Of a stretch of DNA of 64,000 nt, positions 9,845-20,858 are shown in pieces. The position numbers and the translations under genes were made by a program. Positions within the stretch are counted from its first letter, which is position 1. Each line of letters begins with the position of its first letter. The stretch is from Methanobacteriota archaeon. Lineage in GTDB: Archaea; Halobacteriota; Bog-38; Methanoflorentales; Methanoflorentaceae. A model generated the notes under the pieces. The model did no database searches. It had not been told where the DNA came from and saw nothing but the letters and a program-made list of their open reading frames with translations. The stretch spans positions 192,001-256,000 of the forward strand of contig CAVRAO010000008.1 of assembly GCA_963719035.1 (NCBI GenBank), written 5' to 3'.

Positions 9845-10312
9845 ATGATAGACGATTTTTTTAAACAGACCGGAATTACGCGCCAAGATATTGTTGATAC
9901 CGCTATGCTGCTGTGGAGTCCACATCCCGGGGTCGAGACCGAAACACGTGCGAGAGAAGTCTTCTCGAGCGAGCTCCGGCGAGCACTTACTGACCCAAAC
10001 TTATGGGTTCTTTTGCACGTGGGAGTGGCGCTAGAGCGAGATGCATTAGATGGCCGTATTCCCAAACTCGACCCTGCCGCTTACGAAGACGACCTGACTT
10101 GCTTGATCGCAGACGAAGTATTAGGCATGGCCGTAGCGATGTACATCAGTGGGTATAAAGGGCACTTTGATTATGCTCGATTCGACAGACAAAAACCTGG
10201 GATTCTCGGATCGCTCGGGCCGTTCTTAGATGACATCGTTGCTGGCTTGATTGGCGGAGTTTCTGCTAACATGTACGATCGAGGAGCTGCTGATGCCACT
10301 ACGCCTCGTTAA
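9845..10312 (+). CDS. cobZ: Alpha-ribazole phosphatase CobZ (PgpA-like)
   Basis: LIADEVLGM, FDYARFDRQKPGILGSLGPFLDD; first gene of a cobZ-cobS-cobY run. Confidence 0.8.
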   Translation: MIDDFFKQTGITRQDIVDTAMLLWSPHPGVETETRAREVFSSELRRALTDPNLWVLLHVGVALERDALDGRIPKLDPAAYEDDLTCLIADEVLGMAVAMYISGYKGHFDYARFDRQKPGILGSLGPFLDDIVAGLIGGVSANMYDRGAADATTPR

Positions 10313-11040
10313 TAGCGTTCGAGCCGGCTTCGGATTCTTAACGACGATTCCGGTAGGATTTCACCAAGAAGATCTCGAGAGCTTAGCCAACCACATGTGG
10401 GTTTTCGTACTGGTCGGAGCCAGTGTCGGGCTCCTAGTTGGAGGAATCAGTTATGCGCTTAGTCTCACCCCGCACCTAAACAATTTTGTACATGCGGGCT
10501 TGACCCTCGTGGCACTGTACACGCTAACAGGATTCATGCACCTTGACGGGTTAGCTGACGTCGGAGATGGATTACTAAAGCATGGTACCTATACAAGAGC
10601 GACTTAGAGTCATAAAAGACCCGTATATCGGTGTAGGGGGGATATCGTTTTGTGCCCTCGCGTTCCTTCTGCTCTTCTCTGCAGTAACAGCGATTAAACC
10701 AGCCGCTTTTATACCTGCATTCATAACCGCCGAAGCTGCCGCAAAGCTTTCCATGGTCGAAGTTGCTTCGTTCGGAAATGCGACGCATAGCGGTCTTGGA
10801 TCACGTTTTTCTGAGAGAAGTGGCCCGCTGACTTTTGTTGTGGCACTGGCGCTAACAATAGTTGTTGCCGTTCTTTTTTTTGGTGTAAAAGGTATCATTG
10901 TGCTACTACCCCCTATCATTCTATCGCTAGGATTGGTAAAACTCGCTAATGTGGCGTTCGGCGGAATCAACGGGGACGTAATTGGATCCTCAAACGAGTT
11001 GGGACGCTTAGCTGCGCTTATAGCTATAGGGCTCGTATAG
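10293..11040 (+). CDS. cobS: Adenosylcobinamide-GDP ribazoletransferase, +1 indel at GGTACC 10584-10589
   Basis: FLTTIPV, GFMHLDGLADVGDG in frame 1; RLRVIKDPYIGVGG...FGGINGDVIG in frame 2; span 748 = 3n+1. Confidence 0.9.
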
Positions 11041-11048
11041 GTGATAGC

Positions 11049-11657
11049 GTGCTCGCGCTCCTCATGGCAGGTGGCAAAGGGGAAAGGCTTGGTTTAGTCG
11101 GTGTGGAAAAACCACTATTAGAGTTCGCTGGAAAACCGCTCGTTGCGTACGTCGTCGCTGCCTTGATGAAATCACAAATTGAGAGTATCGTGATGGTAAC
11201 ATCCCCTCATACACCACGCACAACGCACTGGGCTAGAAGCTCTTGCGTTCCCTTACTTGTAGCGCCAGGCCTGGGATATATCGACGACTACAAGTGGGCT
11301 ATGAAACGGCTAAACCTTCAAGGCCCAGTTCTCATCATCTCAGCAGATCTTCCCATGATCAATCACCAACTCATTGACAAGATTATCGAACATCAGGCAC
11401 GAGTCGAGAGTCCTGCGCTTGGAGTTTACCTTCCCTCTACGTTTTTGGACGAGGCTGACGTGAGCACTGACCTCGTATTACGCGCTGGTGCGAAACTCCT
11501 AGTCCCTAGTGGCCTAAATATCGTTGATGCAAGCCTGCCCGATCAAATGCAGCAAGAGACGATGCTCGTGCTTCACGATGAATCACTGCTGTACAACATC
11601 AACAAGAGAAGCGACCTGAAACGACTGAAGCGAAAAGTAGGCGAGAGCGAATCATAA
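11049..11657 (+). CDS. cobY: Adenosylcobinamide-phosphate guanylyltransferase
   Basis: LMAGGKGERL, EKPLL, SADLP, NIN; follows cobS. Confidence 0.85.
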   Translation: MLALLMAGGKGERLGLVGVEKPLLEFAGKPLVAYVVAALMKSQIESIVMVTSPHTPRTTHWARSSCVPLLVAPGLGYIDDYKWAMKRLNLQGPVLIISADLPMINHQLIDKIIEHQARVESPALGVYLPSTFLDEADVSTDLVLRAGAKLLVPSGLNIVDASLPDQMQQETMLVLHDESLLYNINKRSDLKRLKRKVGESES

Positions 11658-11673
11658 AAAGCAGAAATAACGT

Positions 11674-12165
11674 CTAAAGCTTGAGACTTTTATGTTCGAC
11701 AAGATCTACCAGCTCAGCGACATTGAGGAGCGCGTTGATGACTGGAATCCCCTTATAAACTGTGAGTTGCGCCGAGACCACCCCCGAAATACAAAAGACG
11801 GTATCCTGCAGTTCATCTTCCACGCCCTTTTCGTCTCTTGTACAAAGCACCTTGGGAAGAACTGCCCCTCTAAACCCTTCTAATACTAGGTAATCGCATT
11901 GGATGTGGCTTATCAGTTCATCGAGCATCACTGACCGTTTTATCATCAGTACGCTTTCGTTTGGCGCCCGCAAGCCGACGACCTCGGCTCCGGCTTTCCA
12001 ATGGCGCCATGTGTCTTTTCCAACTGCGTCGAACGCGAAGTCGTTTACGTGAACGTCTTTGATCGTTGCGACTCGATACCCGCGCACCCGTAGCTCTTTA
12101 ACGACCTCAACGACAGTCGTCGTTTTTCCTGTTTTTGAAGATCCATAAATGGCTATTACCCGCAT
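11674..12165 (-). CDS. mobB: Molybdopterin-guanine dinucleotide biosynthesis protein B
   Basis: GSSKTGKTT P-loop, VATIK, GKDTWRH, LVLEGF. Confidence 0.88.
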   Translation of the reverse strand: MRVIAIYGSSKTGKTTTVVEVVKELRVRGYRVATIKDVHVNDFAFDAVGKDTWRHWKAGAEVVGLRAPNESVLMIKRSVMLDELISHIQCDYLVLEGFRGAVLPKVLCTRDEKGVEDELQDTVFCISGVVSAQLTVYKGIPVINALLNVAELVDLVEHKSLKL

Positions 12166-12315
12166 CTAGTAAATGTTAAACTTTTAAAGTTAAATTATCA
12201 TCGCTTGCGGGTGAGGCCAGTAGACAAAGAACCGATAGCCCTAACGGACTTTTTTGCCTGAGCCGAGCAAAATATTAGGTAGGGTAGTTTTTTGTGTTAA
12301 AAGCCGCGAGTGTTC

Positions 12316-13239
12316 TTAAGTACCGCCAGCGTGAGTATTGGTCTTTCTGGACTTCCAGTAACGCGGATACGTCCCAGGCGCCATCATCACTCTTTTGACT
12401 TCGGCTACTATTCCACCTTCAAGAATCGAGATGGCTAAAGCCACTATTTCATCCTTTGCAGAATAAATCCCCACGAGCTGTTTTGATTCAAGATGAGGCA
12501 GCGAAATAACGCCGGGTTCAGCGAGGCGAGCCCCGTGACAAATGGCGTCGACTGCGGTATCTCGGATAATAATTTTTGGGAGATGTTCTAATGCGCGTTC
12601 AAGAGGCATAATGATGTTGCGCAGTGGAGTCTCATCGGAATCTTCAATCCAAAAGTGGTATGCATCTGTCAAATCGTGTAAGGTGGTCAGCTTTGATTCA
12701 TCAAACGGGCCCACCTTCGTTCTTCGAAGCTCTTGCATGTGTGCCCCGACACCTAACGCCTCACCTATATCGTGACACAGCTTGCGAATATAGGTCCCCG
12801 CCTCACAGCCAATTTGGAGGAGAACGTCGTTGCCTTCCCGCTCGAGCACATTGATGTAATAAACCTCGCGTTTACGAATCTGACGTTTTACAGCCGATTT
12901 AAGGGGCGGACGTTGATAGAGCACGCCGGTAAACTCCTTTGACACGTCAAGGAACTCTCCTTCTGCGACCATTTTGTGCAAATGGAGCACACAGACGTAT
13001 TCTTTGGGTAATCTTACGAGTGCTCCGACCGCCTTGGTGGCGTCTTGCAACAAGATCGGAAGCACACCGGTAGCCTTCGGGTCCAACGTCCCGCTGTGAC
13101 CGGCCTTGTTTATGTTTAAAATTCGTTTTACCCACGCAGCAACCTCGTGGCTGGTCGGCCCAGCGGGCTTGTCGAGGATGATGACTCCTTTTCGAATAAG
13201 CTCTTCTGGTGTCCTTTGACTGTCTACAGAATCCGCCAT
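12316..13239 (-). CDS. truB: H/ACA RNA-guided pseudouridine synthase Cbf5/TruB
   Basis: DKPAGPTSHEV, GHSGTLDPK, CEAGTYIRKL, C-terminal PUA. Confidence 0.95.
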   Translation of the reverse strand: MADSVDSQRTPEELIRKGVIILDKPAGPTSHEVAAWVKRILNINKAGHSGTLDPKATGVLPILLQDATKAVGALVRLPKEYVCVLHLHKMVAEGEFLDVSKEFTGVLYQRPPLKSAVKRQIRKREVYYINVLEREGNDVLLQIGCEAGTYIRKLCHDIGEALGVGAHMQELRRTKVGPFDESKLTTLHDLTDAYHFWIEDSDETPLRNIIMPLERALEHLPKIIIRDTAVDAICHGARLAEPGVISLPHLESKQLVGIYSAKDEIVALAISILEGGIVAEVKRVMMAPGTYPRYWKSRKTNTHAGGT

Positions 13240-13241
13240 CG

Positions 13242-13772
13242 TTAGCCAACCTCCCGACGTGACCTCACAGCCTGTGTAATAATGTCAATAACTGCGAATT
13301 GGTTCCAGTGTCTCGTATCTATGATGAGGTCATAGATGTCAAGGTTCGCCGTGTCGATATTGTAGAACGCGAGATACCGCGCTGCCTCGCTGTTGTCGCG
13401 GGCCCTTGTTTCGCGCAAAGCGATCGCGCGGTCCTTGCCTTCTCTTCGTGCAATTCTGTCTGCTCGCACTTCGAGCGGCGCTTTTAGCCAAACAGCTATA
13501 CCCCCTTTGAGGACCCAGCCGGATAGCCGACCGTCAACGATTACACTTTCGTGTGACTGAGCAAGCTCGGCTTGCCGCGCATCAACCATTTGGTCGATTT
13601 CCGGGTCTTTTTCTGCAAGCTTACTCAGCTGCTCCAAGCTTAAGGCACGCTCGCGTGCCAGTTCCCTGAAGACTTCTCCTGCCGAAATGTGAGTAAAACC
13701 GAGTCTCTGCGACAAACCGCTCGCCACCGTCGTCTTGCCGCTGCCTGAAGGTCCGCTGATAGTTAGTAACAC
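13242..13772 (-). CDS. cmk: Cytidylate kinase (archaeal)
   Basis: ISGPSGSGKTT, SAGEVFRELA, YDLIIDT. Confidence 0.92.
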   Translation of the reverse strand: MLLTISGPSGSGKTTVASGLSQRLGFTHISAGEVFRELARERALSLEQLSKLAEKDPEIDQMVDARQAELAQSHESVIVDGRLSGWVLKGGIAVWLKAPLEVRADRIARREGKDRAIALRETRARDNSEAARYLAFYNIDTANLDIYDLIIDTRHWNQFAVIDIITQAVRSRREVG

Positions 13773-13804
13773 ACTTCACCCCGTTAGGCACTGCGATGAC
13801 TGGT

Positions 13805-14383
13805 CTAGTGTTCCTGCAACGTAAGAACCAGTTCGGCGACTGCCTCATCGAGTTTTCCGTCAGGGTTCTGCAGTATTTTGACTGTAGCTCCTGAATACGC
13901 AGCATATGCCATGCAAATTGCCTTATTGACGTCTTGGTGTTGTTGAACCGCCACCGCATCTTGAACGTCTCGCTGGCGTGATTTATCAGCTTTTCTGCGT
14001 CGAATGATATCAGTGGGTGCTGTTTCAACGATAAGGATAAGTTCTGGCTTCAACTCGTCTAAAACCCACGTAGGCAACCCAGGCAGGTACCCGCGGGGGG
14101 TTCTGACTGTTGCGTGCGTGTCAACGACAAGAGCTGTTGTCGCCATCTGTGCTATTGCACGTGCCGCAATCTTTTGAAGGTCGCGCTGCTGAACCGGCTC
14201 GAGCTTTCGGATATCATCACGCACTTTAACCCAGCCGCGCCGCAGCGCTTCATCTAACATAACATCGCTGTACGTCACCATTTTAAACGGCTGGCCCTGC
14301 CTTTCCAGCTTTTCGATGGCTTTTTTAGTGACTGTCGTCCCGCCGCTTGCTGGCACTCCGGTAAGCACTATGACTTTTCGCAT
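13805..14383 (-). CDS. adkA: Adenylate kinase, archaeal AdkA type
   Basis: VIVLTGVPASGGTT, VDTHATVRTPRGYLPGLP; downstream of secY. Confidence 0.92.
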   Translation of the reverse strand: MRKVIVLTGVPASGGTTVTKKAIEKLERQGQPFKMVTYSDVMLDEALRRGWVKVRDDIRKLEPVQQRDLQKIAARAIAQMATTALVVDTHATVRTPRGYLPGLPTWVLDELKPELILIVETAPTDIIRRRKADKSRQRDVQDAVAVQQHQDVNKAICMAYAAYSGATVKILQNPDGKLDEAVAELVLTLQEH

Positions 14384-14545
14384 TCTTACCCCCAACTTAT
14401 ACAACGAACTATTCCAAACATCCTACTTTAAACTACGCAATCGTAGAGCAGCATAGCTCTTGTTTGCGCTTTTTATCCAACAAAAAGCTTCAGAAAGGAT
14501 ACCGGGCCAACTGAGAGCGAAAAAACCAGTCTGGCTATTCGCAGA

Positions 14546-16004
14546 TCATTCCCCTATGAATCTCCGCAACATAGGATGCATCTCCATAACTTCCTCGTTG
14601 GCGAGCTGCTCGTAAAGCCTGTACACGATGCTTACAGCCAACAACAGTGAAGTCCCCCCCACGTTTCCGATCGTCCCAAAAAAACCCGCAATGACCGCAA
14701 GGAAGCCTATAAACGCGCCTCCAATGACGGTAACTTTCGGAATATATCGCTTCATGACACGTTCAATGATCTTAGGATCACGACGGAAGCCAGGAATGGA
14801 CATTCCTGAGCGTTGTATTTGCTCTGAAACGGCCTTTGGACCCATACCAGTAGTCTCAACCCAAAAGAGGGCAAATATGACGCCGCCAATAACCATCACA
14901 GCAATGTCTATTCCACACCGCAGTGCGACTTGCCATCCCGGGTTGGTTGTTAACGTTGGGAACCAATTTTGTGGACCATTAATTGGCGCCAGATAATACA
15001 TCAGCCCGCTTGTCGGCGTATTGCCTACATACGTCCCCACCCACGTAAATCCCGCGTTGTAAAGCAGAATCCCAATCATCTGAATGTTCGCTTGCAGCGC
15101 CCGCACTAATATTAACGGCAAGACACTTGCATACACGAGCTTTACTGGGAACCTGCCTCGCGCGCCTCTGACAGAACTGTGCGCAAGCGGGATCTCAATA
15201 CGCGTCGTTTCCACGTAAACGACGATGGCAAATATCGCTATCGTGCTTATTGCGGCTAAGATATCTCCACGGAACAGGAGGAATATCAGTCCCTCAGCGC
15301 TTAGCAGCTGCTGGACGGTGAACTGTTGGAAGATCTGAATAAAACGTGGGATCATCCCAAAGGCCAACCCAGTCGTAGGATCAGTTTGCCAGTTGATAGT
15401 CCCAGTCACCAACCCTTGTGCAACTCCGGCCACGATAAACAGGCCGACTCCTGAGCCAATTCCCCACTTGGTGATGATTTCATCTAAGAACAGAACGAGG
15501 ACGCCCCCGAGACAGACCTGGAGGAATATAAGCAATGAGATGCTTCCGAGCGTCAAACCAGTCGAAGCAGCAAGGGCCGGATCAGGTACCGAGGAAGCCT
15601 CCGAGCACTTGAGGCAAGGCTTCGACGATGATCATGACGAAGATGAGCAACTTCTGGAGTTGTTGGTATACTGATTGATCACGCGGATCGCTCGTGTCAA
15701 GCTTTATGATGTCTGCGCCCTTGAAGAGCTGAAGTATGATCGAGGCCGTGACAATCGGACCGATGCCGAGCTGAACGAGAGAGCCCTGGCTTCCTGCCAT
15801 TATTGCCCTGTAAAACCCAAAAAGGTCCTGAGAGGCGGGTGAAAGCCCAAAAAGTTGGACGTTTGTTAAAACGAAGTATATGATAAGAATGCCGATCGTC
15901 CACGTGAGCTTCCGTCTGAAGTGTACGTGCCCTTCGGGCTTGGAGACGGCGGGGAGTCTTTGCAGGAAAGGCTCAATTCTGTCTATTAGTGGATGCTCAC
16001 TCAT
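14546..16004 (-). CDS. secY: Preprotein translocase SecY, +1 indel at GGTACC 15585-15590
   Basis: [12 protein letters not shown] in frame 1; [12 protein letters not shown]...GMSIPGFR...GTSLLLAV in frame 2; removing one base gives continuous [18 protein letters not shown]; span 1459 = 3n+1. Confidence 0.95.
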
Positions 16005-16056
16005 AATTCACCGCGCTCAAACTGGAGACGTGTACGTGGTCACTACAGAAAACAGA

Positions 16057-16485
16057 TTATTGTCCTAGAACTTTTGCTTTCCCGCCGGCTGATTCCAGTT
16101 TTTCTTGTGCTCGTTTCGAAAAACTTCTGGCAGTAACTATGAGTGGTTTAGTTACGCGGCCGTTTCCAAGCACTTTGTCTACATCGAGAGTGATGTAATA
16201 CTTGCCTGTACGCACCTTGGCGTGCTTCCGTTCCACGAGTTGGTCGGCAGCTTCGTCTAAGGCACCTACATCAACGATTGTGGGATCGCTTAGCATGGTC
16301 TGTGGCCTCACGAACCCGTAACTACCGTAACCACGACCGAGCAAGAGCTCCCTGACGAAATGATGTTTGCAACCGCCCGCATGCCCACGCCCTCCTCGAC
16401 TCCCTGCACCGCGGCGGTTTTTATGAGTGCCGCCGCCACACGTGCGACTTCCTCGAAACTTCTTGGCTTTGTTTTTCGCGCTCAT
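16057..16485 (-). CDS. rpl15: 50S ribosomal protein uL15
   Basis: [30 protein letters not shown]. Confidence 0.95.
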   Translation of the reverse strand: MSAKNKAKKFRGSRTCGGGTHKNRRGAGSRGGRGHAGGCKHHFVRELLLGRGYGSYGFVRPQTMLSDPTIVDVGALDEAADQLVERKHAKVRTGKYYITLDVDKVLGNGRVTKPLIVTARSFSKRAQEKLESAGGKAKVLGQ

Positions 16486-16488
16486 TGC

Positions 16489-16950
16489 CTACCTCATCGT
16501 TAAAAGCAGCCTGTTGATGTCGCTGCCATGAAACCCGAGAACGCCCTCAGGAAACGGTTTTTTTATTCCTTTATGGCCCTTACGTGGCGGGTGGAGCCGC
16601 AGCACAAGTTTCAGCTTTGGTACATCCCGTAAAGTCGCCTCGCCATCAACAACAGCTTTTGCGAGCGATTCTATATCATTAAAAGCAGTTTGGTCTTTGA
16701 CGTAAGCGCTGGTGAGTCTTTGATGACCTTCAAGCATGCCCCTTTTATCGAGGAGCACGCAGAGAGTTTCACCATCGATGTTGCCCCAAGCAATATAATC
16801 CTTCACTTTCTGCAGCATGCCGTTGTAGTGCACATTGTCCTCTATGAGAACGCAATGATTAGTTCTGTCAAGATTCAGTAGTTCGAGCGTGCGCCGTATG
16901 TCCGGCTTCGTCTTTGCTATGCTGCGCATCTTAACAACGGCGTACGTCAC
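16489..16950 (-). CDS. rpl30: 50S ribosomal protein uL30
   Basis: [22 protein letters not shown]. Confidence 0.95.
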   Translation of the reverse strand: MTYAVVKMRSIAKTKPDIRRTLELLNLDRTNHCVLIEDNVHYNGMLQKVKDYIAWGNIDGETLCVLLDKRGMLEGHQRLTSAYVKDQTAFNDIESLAKAVVDGEATLRDVPKLKLVLRLHPPRKGHKGIKKPFPEGVLGFHGSDINRLLLTMR

Positions 16951-17567
16951 TGAGTCCCCCCACCAATTCTAACCGTGGTTGTGCCCTTGAGCGCTTCAAA
17001 GGTAGCGCGAGCAAAGTTTATTGTGGTACACGTTTGTCCAGATGATCTCGTCCACACGTCTTTTATGCCTGCGAGCTCGAGCACTTTCCGTGCCGTGCTA
17101 CCTGACGCTATACCAAGCCCTTGTGGCGCTGGTTTTAGCACAACGCTCACGGAGCCCGCTTTGCCTTTAACCGTAAAGGGAACGGAGTGCGATTCGCCGC
17201 AACCACATTCCCACGAACCGCAGCCTCGATTTATCTTGATAAGATTCAACTTAGCAATCTCAATGGTCTTTCTTATGGCCGGTCCCGCTTGTAGATCCTT
17301 CCCTTCCGCAAAGCCCACATATCCATCACGATTGCCGATCGCCACCGCTGCCCTAAACTTCACACGCCGCCCAGAATCCGTCATTCGCTGCACCATGTTT
17401 ATGTCCAATACCTCGTCGCTTAAATCAGGTAAGAGCACATCAATGATTTCTGGTTCTTTGACAGGAAATCCGGTGTTTACAGCATCGTCGAATGTGGCTA
17501 TCTTACCCTCATAAACAAGGTGCCCCAATCTTGTCCTTGGTGTCCATCCTTCTATCATTTCAGCCAT
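16947..17567 (-). CDS. rps5: 30S ribosomal protein uS5
   Basis: [28 protein letters not shown]. Confidence 0.96.
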   Translation of the reverse strand: MAEMIEGWTPRTRLGHLVYEGKIATFDDAVNTGFPVKEPEIIDVLLPDLSDEVLDINMVQRMTDSGRRVKFRAAVAIGNRDGYVGFAEGKDLQAGPAIRKTIEIAKLNLIKINRGCGSWECGCGESHSVPFTVKGKAGSVSVVLKPAPQGLGIASGSTARKVLELAGIKDVWTRSSGQTCTTINFARATFEALKGTTTVRIGGGTQ

Positions 17568-17587
17568 TCTGTCCCTGTTTCCTTTGT

Positions 17588-18151
17588 TTATTTCTGCGTA
17601 AAACGATCTAGTATCTCTTGCTTAACCAAATCAACGTGACCGGGAAGATCTTTCGGATCGATGCCATATTGTGAAAACCGTGCTCGGTTATCGGTTGCAT
17701 AAGCAGCAATATGTTCTCCGCGTGCCCTCTCATGCGTAGGGAGCGGTTCTTGACTGAGAGGGATGTCCAGTCCTGCTTCGACGGCGCCTAGCAGGGCAGC
17801 ATATATTCGCGACCCGCGTGAGTTAGCGTTCAGACCGAGATCGAGCACACCGTTCGAATAACCAGCAGCGAGCGCACGACGTGCAAAAAGGACGCCCGTC
17901 AGGTATGCAGCGGGGGTGTTACCAGTGGCACCTTTATAGCCGACTTTTTTAAGATCAAGGGCGCTGGCAGACGTTAAAGTTCTATCCCCGGCCGTGCTGT
18001 GCTCGACAAGCTGCACTGTCAAGTTGCAGCCACTTTTTCGCACGACCACCCGGGGCTTCTTTGAAAGCAATAAACCTAACCGTTTGTGGTAATTCGTCCT
18101 TCCTTCGCGGCGACGTCTAAATGGGACGTGATAGCGCGGACCTGTGGCCAT
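17588..18151 (-). CDS. rpl18: 50S ribosomal protein uL18
   Basis: [30 protein letters not shown]. Confidence 0.96.
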   Translation of the reverse strand: MATGPRYHVPFRRRREGRTNYHKRLGLLLSKKPRVVVRKSGCNLTVQLVEHSTAGDRTLTSASALDLKKVGYKGATGNTPAAYLTGVLFARRALAAGYSNGVLDLGLNANSRGSRIYAALLGAVEAGLDIPLSQEPLPTHERARGEHIAAYATDNRARFSQYGIDPKDLPGHVDLVKQEILDRFTQK

Positions 18152-18609
18152 TATTCCTGCCTCCTTGCCGCTATTGCGATTTCAATCTGAGAATTCAAAA
18201 CGCTCAAGGTTCGATACTCTCCCCCTTTAGCCTTCCGATACATTCGACGATACGTCGTCCGATCCAGCGTATTATCGTCCCTCAATTCGCGAAGGGTCCT
18301 TCTCTGCGCTCGTATCTTCCGCATCCATAGGTGCTTCTTAGGGCTTCGAGCATTTTTTCCTCCTTTGCGATTCCCTTGTCCAGTTCTGTGCCCTTTCTTG
18401 CGCTTTATATCGTTCCCGCGTGCACGCCCGCGGCTGATGCCTTGCGCTTGTCTTGCTTTGACTGTGCCTTCCCCAATAAGACCACGAATGTCTTCACGAG
18501 TAATAGCGTTCGCAACGTCGGTGAGTTTGTCAGGATCAAGCCACACCCTGCTTAACCCAACGTTGAGTACTTCAGCGGCAATTCGCTTTTGGTTCGAAAG
18601 GCCGGTCAC
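18151..18609 (-). CDS. rpl19e: 50S ribosomal protein eL19
   Basis: [24 protein letters not shown]. Confidence 0.96.
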   Translation of the reverse strand: MTGLSNQKRIAAEVLNVGLSRVWLDPDKLTDVANAITREDIRGLIGEGTVKARQAQGISRGRARGNDIKRKKGHRTGQGNRKGGKNARSPKKHLWMRKIRAQRRTLRELRDDNTLDRTTYRRMYRKAKGGEYRTLSVLNSQIEIAIAARRQE

Positions 18610-19217
18610 TCGTTCTCCTCCGTCAATCTCCCCGATGTTTGTTCCTCTTCATCTAAGGATCGGCCTTCGATTCTGGGGTTGAGGACCTTTAGGCCCTTAG
18701 CAAAGGCGCGTTCTAGGATGATCTGCTTCTTACGAGCCCCCACAGTCCGACCGATTCTCACTGCTTGGTCAGGCAGCACCTCTTCCAAATCAGCGTAGCA
18801 CTTGACAAGCACTTCCTCAAATCCTGAGGGATGAAAACCCCGTATTGCAGTTGGCGCACCATATCCAACTTGGACGACAGCTCCTTTGTCGGGAAACCCT
18901 CGCCGCATTTTGTTGAAAAGTCCGCGTGGCTTCCGCCAGCTCGAACTAAGCTTCTTTTTCTTTTCGTAATCGTCGCGCTTGAACCAGGGTTTTTTGTGGC
19001 GCTTCCTGACGACGAGCAAGTGCTTATGCTCCGCGCTGAAGTCCTTATGTTTAAACAAAGGTAATTCTTGAGCGATTTGCTGTGCAAGGTCGGCGTCGAG
19101 ACCCGTATTTGTCACGAGCTCATCGACTGTAGCATCCCTAAGATCATCTACGGTTCGGTATCCTGCGCCGATGAGTGCCTTGATCTGATCATCATTCAAT
19201 TCATCTAAAGCCTTCAT
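18606..19217 (-). CDS. rpl32e: 50S ribosomal protein eL32 with N-terminal helix-hairpin-helix extension
   Basis: [24 protein letters not shown] core preceded by about 55 aa HhH-like segment. Confidence 0.93.
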   Translation of the reverse strand: MKALDELNDDQIKALIGAGYRTVDDLRDATVDELVTNTGLDADLAQQIAQELPLFKHKDFSAEHKHLLVVRKRHKKPWFKRDDYEKKKKLSSSWRKPRGLFNKMRRGFPDKGAVVQVGYGAPTAIRGFHPSGFEEVLVKCYADLEEVLPDQAVRIGRTVGARKKQIILERAFAKGLKVLNPRIEGRSLDEEEQTSGRLTEENE

Positions 19218-19759
19218 GCGCGCGCACCTAAGCCCTTTTCAACGAGATAAATACCATCTTGAAACACGCGAGGGTCGCGTCCTTTGATCCGAGTCGCTTG
19301 TTCGATGTTGGCAGCGGTTTGCCCGACGTCTTCCTTGTCGATGCCCGTAACGATTAGCTCGTCGCCTTGAACAACAACACTTGAGTCCCCCACAATTCGA
19401 GCACTTCTCGGCTTGCGTTCACCCAAAAAATTGTCGATGGATATAGTTTTTCCTTCAACCTTGACTTGAATGGGGAAGTGTGAGTAGACAAGCTTCAACT
19501 TATATTGAAATCCATAGGCGACCCCACTCATCATATTGGCGACGTGAGAGGTATACGTGCCTACGATAGACTTTTGAGTTTTCTTATTAACACTGGTCCC
19601 GATATATACCTTGTCCTGTTCGACACGAATCTCGATGTTCGGGTACCACAGGTCGCGTTTAAGAGTTCCGCCAGGGCCTTCTATCGTTACTACTCCGTTA
19701 TTGACGTTAACCTCGACGCCTGCTACAATTGGGATCTCTTTTTGTATAACCTGAACCAT
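19214..19759 (-). CDS. rpl6: 50S ribosomal protein uL6
   Basis: YSHFPI, NFLGE, DPRVFQDGIY. Confidence 0.96.
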   Translation of the reverse strand: MVQVIQKEIPIVAGVEVNVNNGVVTIEGPGGTLKRDLWYPNIEIRVEQDKVYIGTSVNKKTQKSIVGTYTSHVANMMSGVAYGFQYKLKLVYSHFPIQVKVEGKTISIDNFLGERKPRSARIVGDSSVVVQGDELIVTGIDKEDVGQTAANIEQATRIKGRDPRVFQDGIYLVEKGLGARA

Positions 19760-19768
19760 GTGACTCTC

Positions 19769-20161
19769 CTAGTAGCAGTAAGCGATGAGTTTTCCTCCGA
19801 TACCGCGTTCTCGAGCTTCGACGTGAGTGATTATTCCTGCGGAAGTCGTAAGTATTAGAAAACCAAAATTGCGCGCTGGTAAGTACCGTTGTTCCCATCT
19901 CTCTAGATCACTAGTCTGAACGGAAAATCGTGGTTTTATGGCACCACATCTATTAATATTCCCGAGCAGCGCGATTTTGAATATACCTGTTTTCCCATCT
20001 TCGATGAGCTCATAGTCGCCAATGTAGTTACCTTGCTGCATAACCCGAAGCACATTGCCGATGAGCTTTGAAACTGGTTTTATACAACACTCACTTTTTC
20101 CGACGCCTTCAGCGTTTTTAATCGATGAAAGAGCGTTTGCGAGCGGATCTAGCAAGACCAT
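19769..20161 (-). CDS. rps8: 30S ribosomal protein uS8
   Basis: [25 protein letters not shown]. Confidence 0.96.
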   Translation of the reverse strand: MVLLDPLANALSSIKNAEGVGKSECCIKPVSKLIGNVLRVMQQGNYIGDYELIEDGKTGIFKIALLGNINRCGAIKPRFSVQTSDLERWEQRYLPARNFGFLILTTSAGIITHVEARERGIGGKLIAYCY

Positions 20162-20172
20162 TCTTTGTCACC

Positions 20173-20316
20173 TCAGTTGTACTTAGCGAACTGCATGTCG
20201 CTGGCAATCTCTCTGAAGCATTGTCTGCAGAGATAGATATCATACTTAGATACTAGGCCCTGTTTACGCCCACAGCGCCTACATTCGTGCGCCTCACGCC
20301 GCGTTTTTTCCGCCAT
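20173..20316 (-). CDS. rps14: 30S ribosomal protein uS14 (zinc-binding), below the ORF-track size cutoff
   Basis: Manual translation [47 protein letters not shown]; lies between L5 and S8. Confidence 0.95.
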   Translation of the reverse strand: MAEKTRREAHECRRCGRKQGLVSKYDIYLCRQCFREIASDMQFAKYN

Positions 20317-20856
20317 TTACCCCAACACCACGTTATAATTGTTTTGTAGAAAAGCGATTGCTTCATCGCGTTTTACTCTGTGCCGAATAGGAATGCGACG
20401 TTGCACCGCATGGCGCCGCGCGACGCGGTAGCCTGGCTTCTTAAGCGAGACAATAACGTCCATGCCGAATATGCCAATTTGAGGGTCATACGTCATTTCT
20501 GAAAAGTCTGTATGATCGACGATGCCAAACGATACGTTGCCATTTTCATCAAACTGAAACTCATGCACAAGATTCTGCCTAGTTTCAAGCGCGCGATGAA
20601 GAAATGTGCTCGCTCGATTACTTCGCAGGGTCGTTTTACAGCCTATATCCTGCCCCTTCCTGATTCCGAATATCGGCTGCGTCTTCTTAGCCGACGTTCG
20701 CACAGTTGCTTGTCCTGTAAGCGTCCTGACGATATTCTCCGCGTTGATCAACTTTTGTCCGCCTTCACCGACACTGACGTGAACGACAACTTTGTCGAGT
20801 GTCGGCGTCGTCATGGGGTTGTCACCTAGCGCTCGCGCCGTTTGGTTATCAGCCAC
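20317..20856 (-). CDS. rpl5: 50S ribosomal protein uL5
   Basis: VVVHVSVGEGG, FGIRKG, YDPQIGIFGMD; exact start uncertain. Confidence 0.95.
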   Translation of the reverse strand: MADNQTARALGDNPMTTPTLDKVVVHVSVGEGGQKLINAENIVRTLTGQATVRTSAKKTQPIFGIRKGQDIGCKTTLRSNRASTFLHRALETRQNLVHEFQFDENGNVSFGIVDHTDFSEMTYDPQIGIFGMDVIVSLKKPGYRVARRHAVQRRIPIRHRVKRDEAIAFLQNNYNVVLG

Positions 20857-20858
20857 GA

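Noticed and set aside
9667-9864. 65-aa ORF between purM and cobZ
   Set aside because: No recognisable motif; may simply be the promoter region of the cob genes.
14546-16004. secY, cobS, acd and SPOUT as pseudogenes or naturally split genes
   Set aside because: Single-base indels with otherwise intact conserved sequence; secY is essential.
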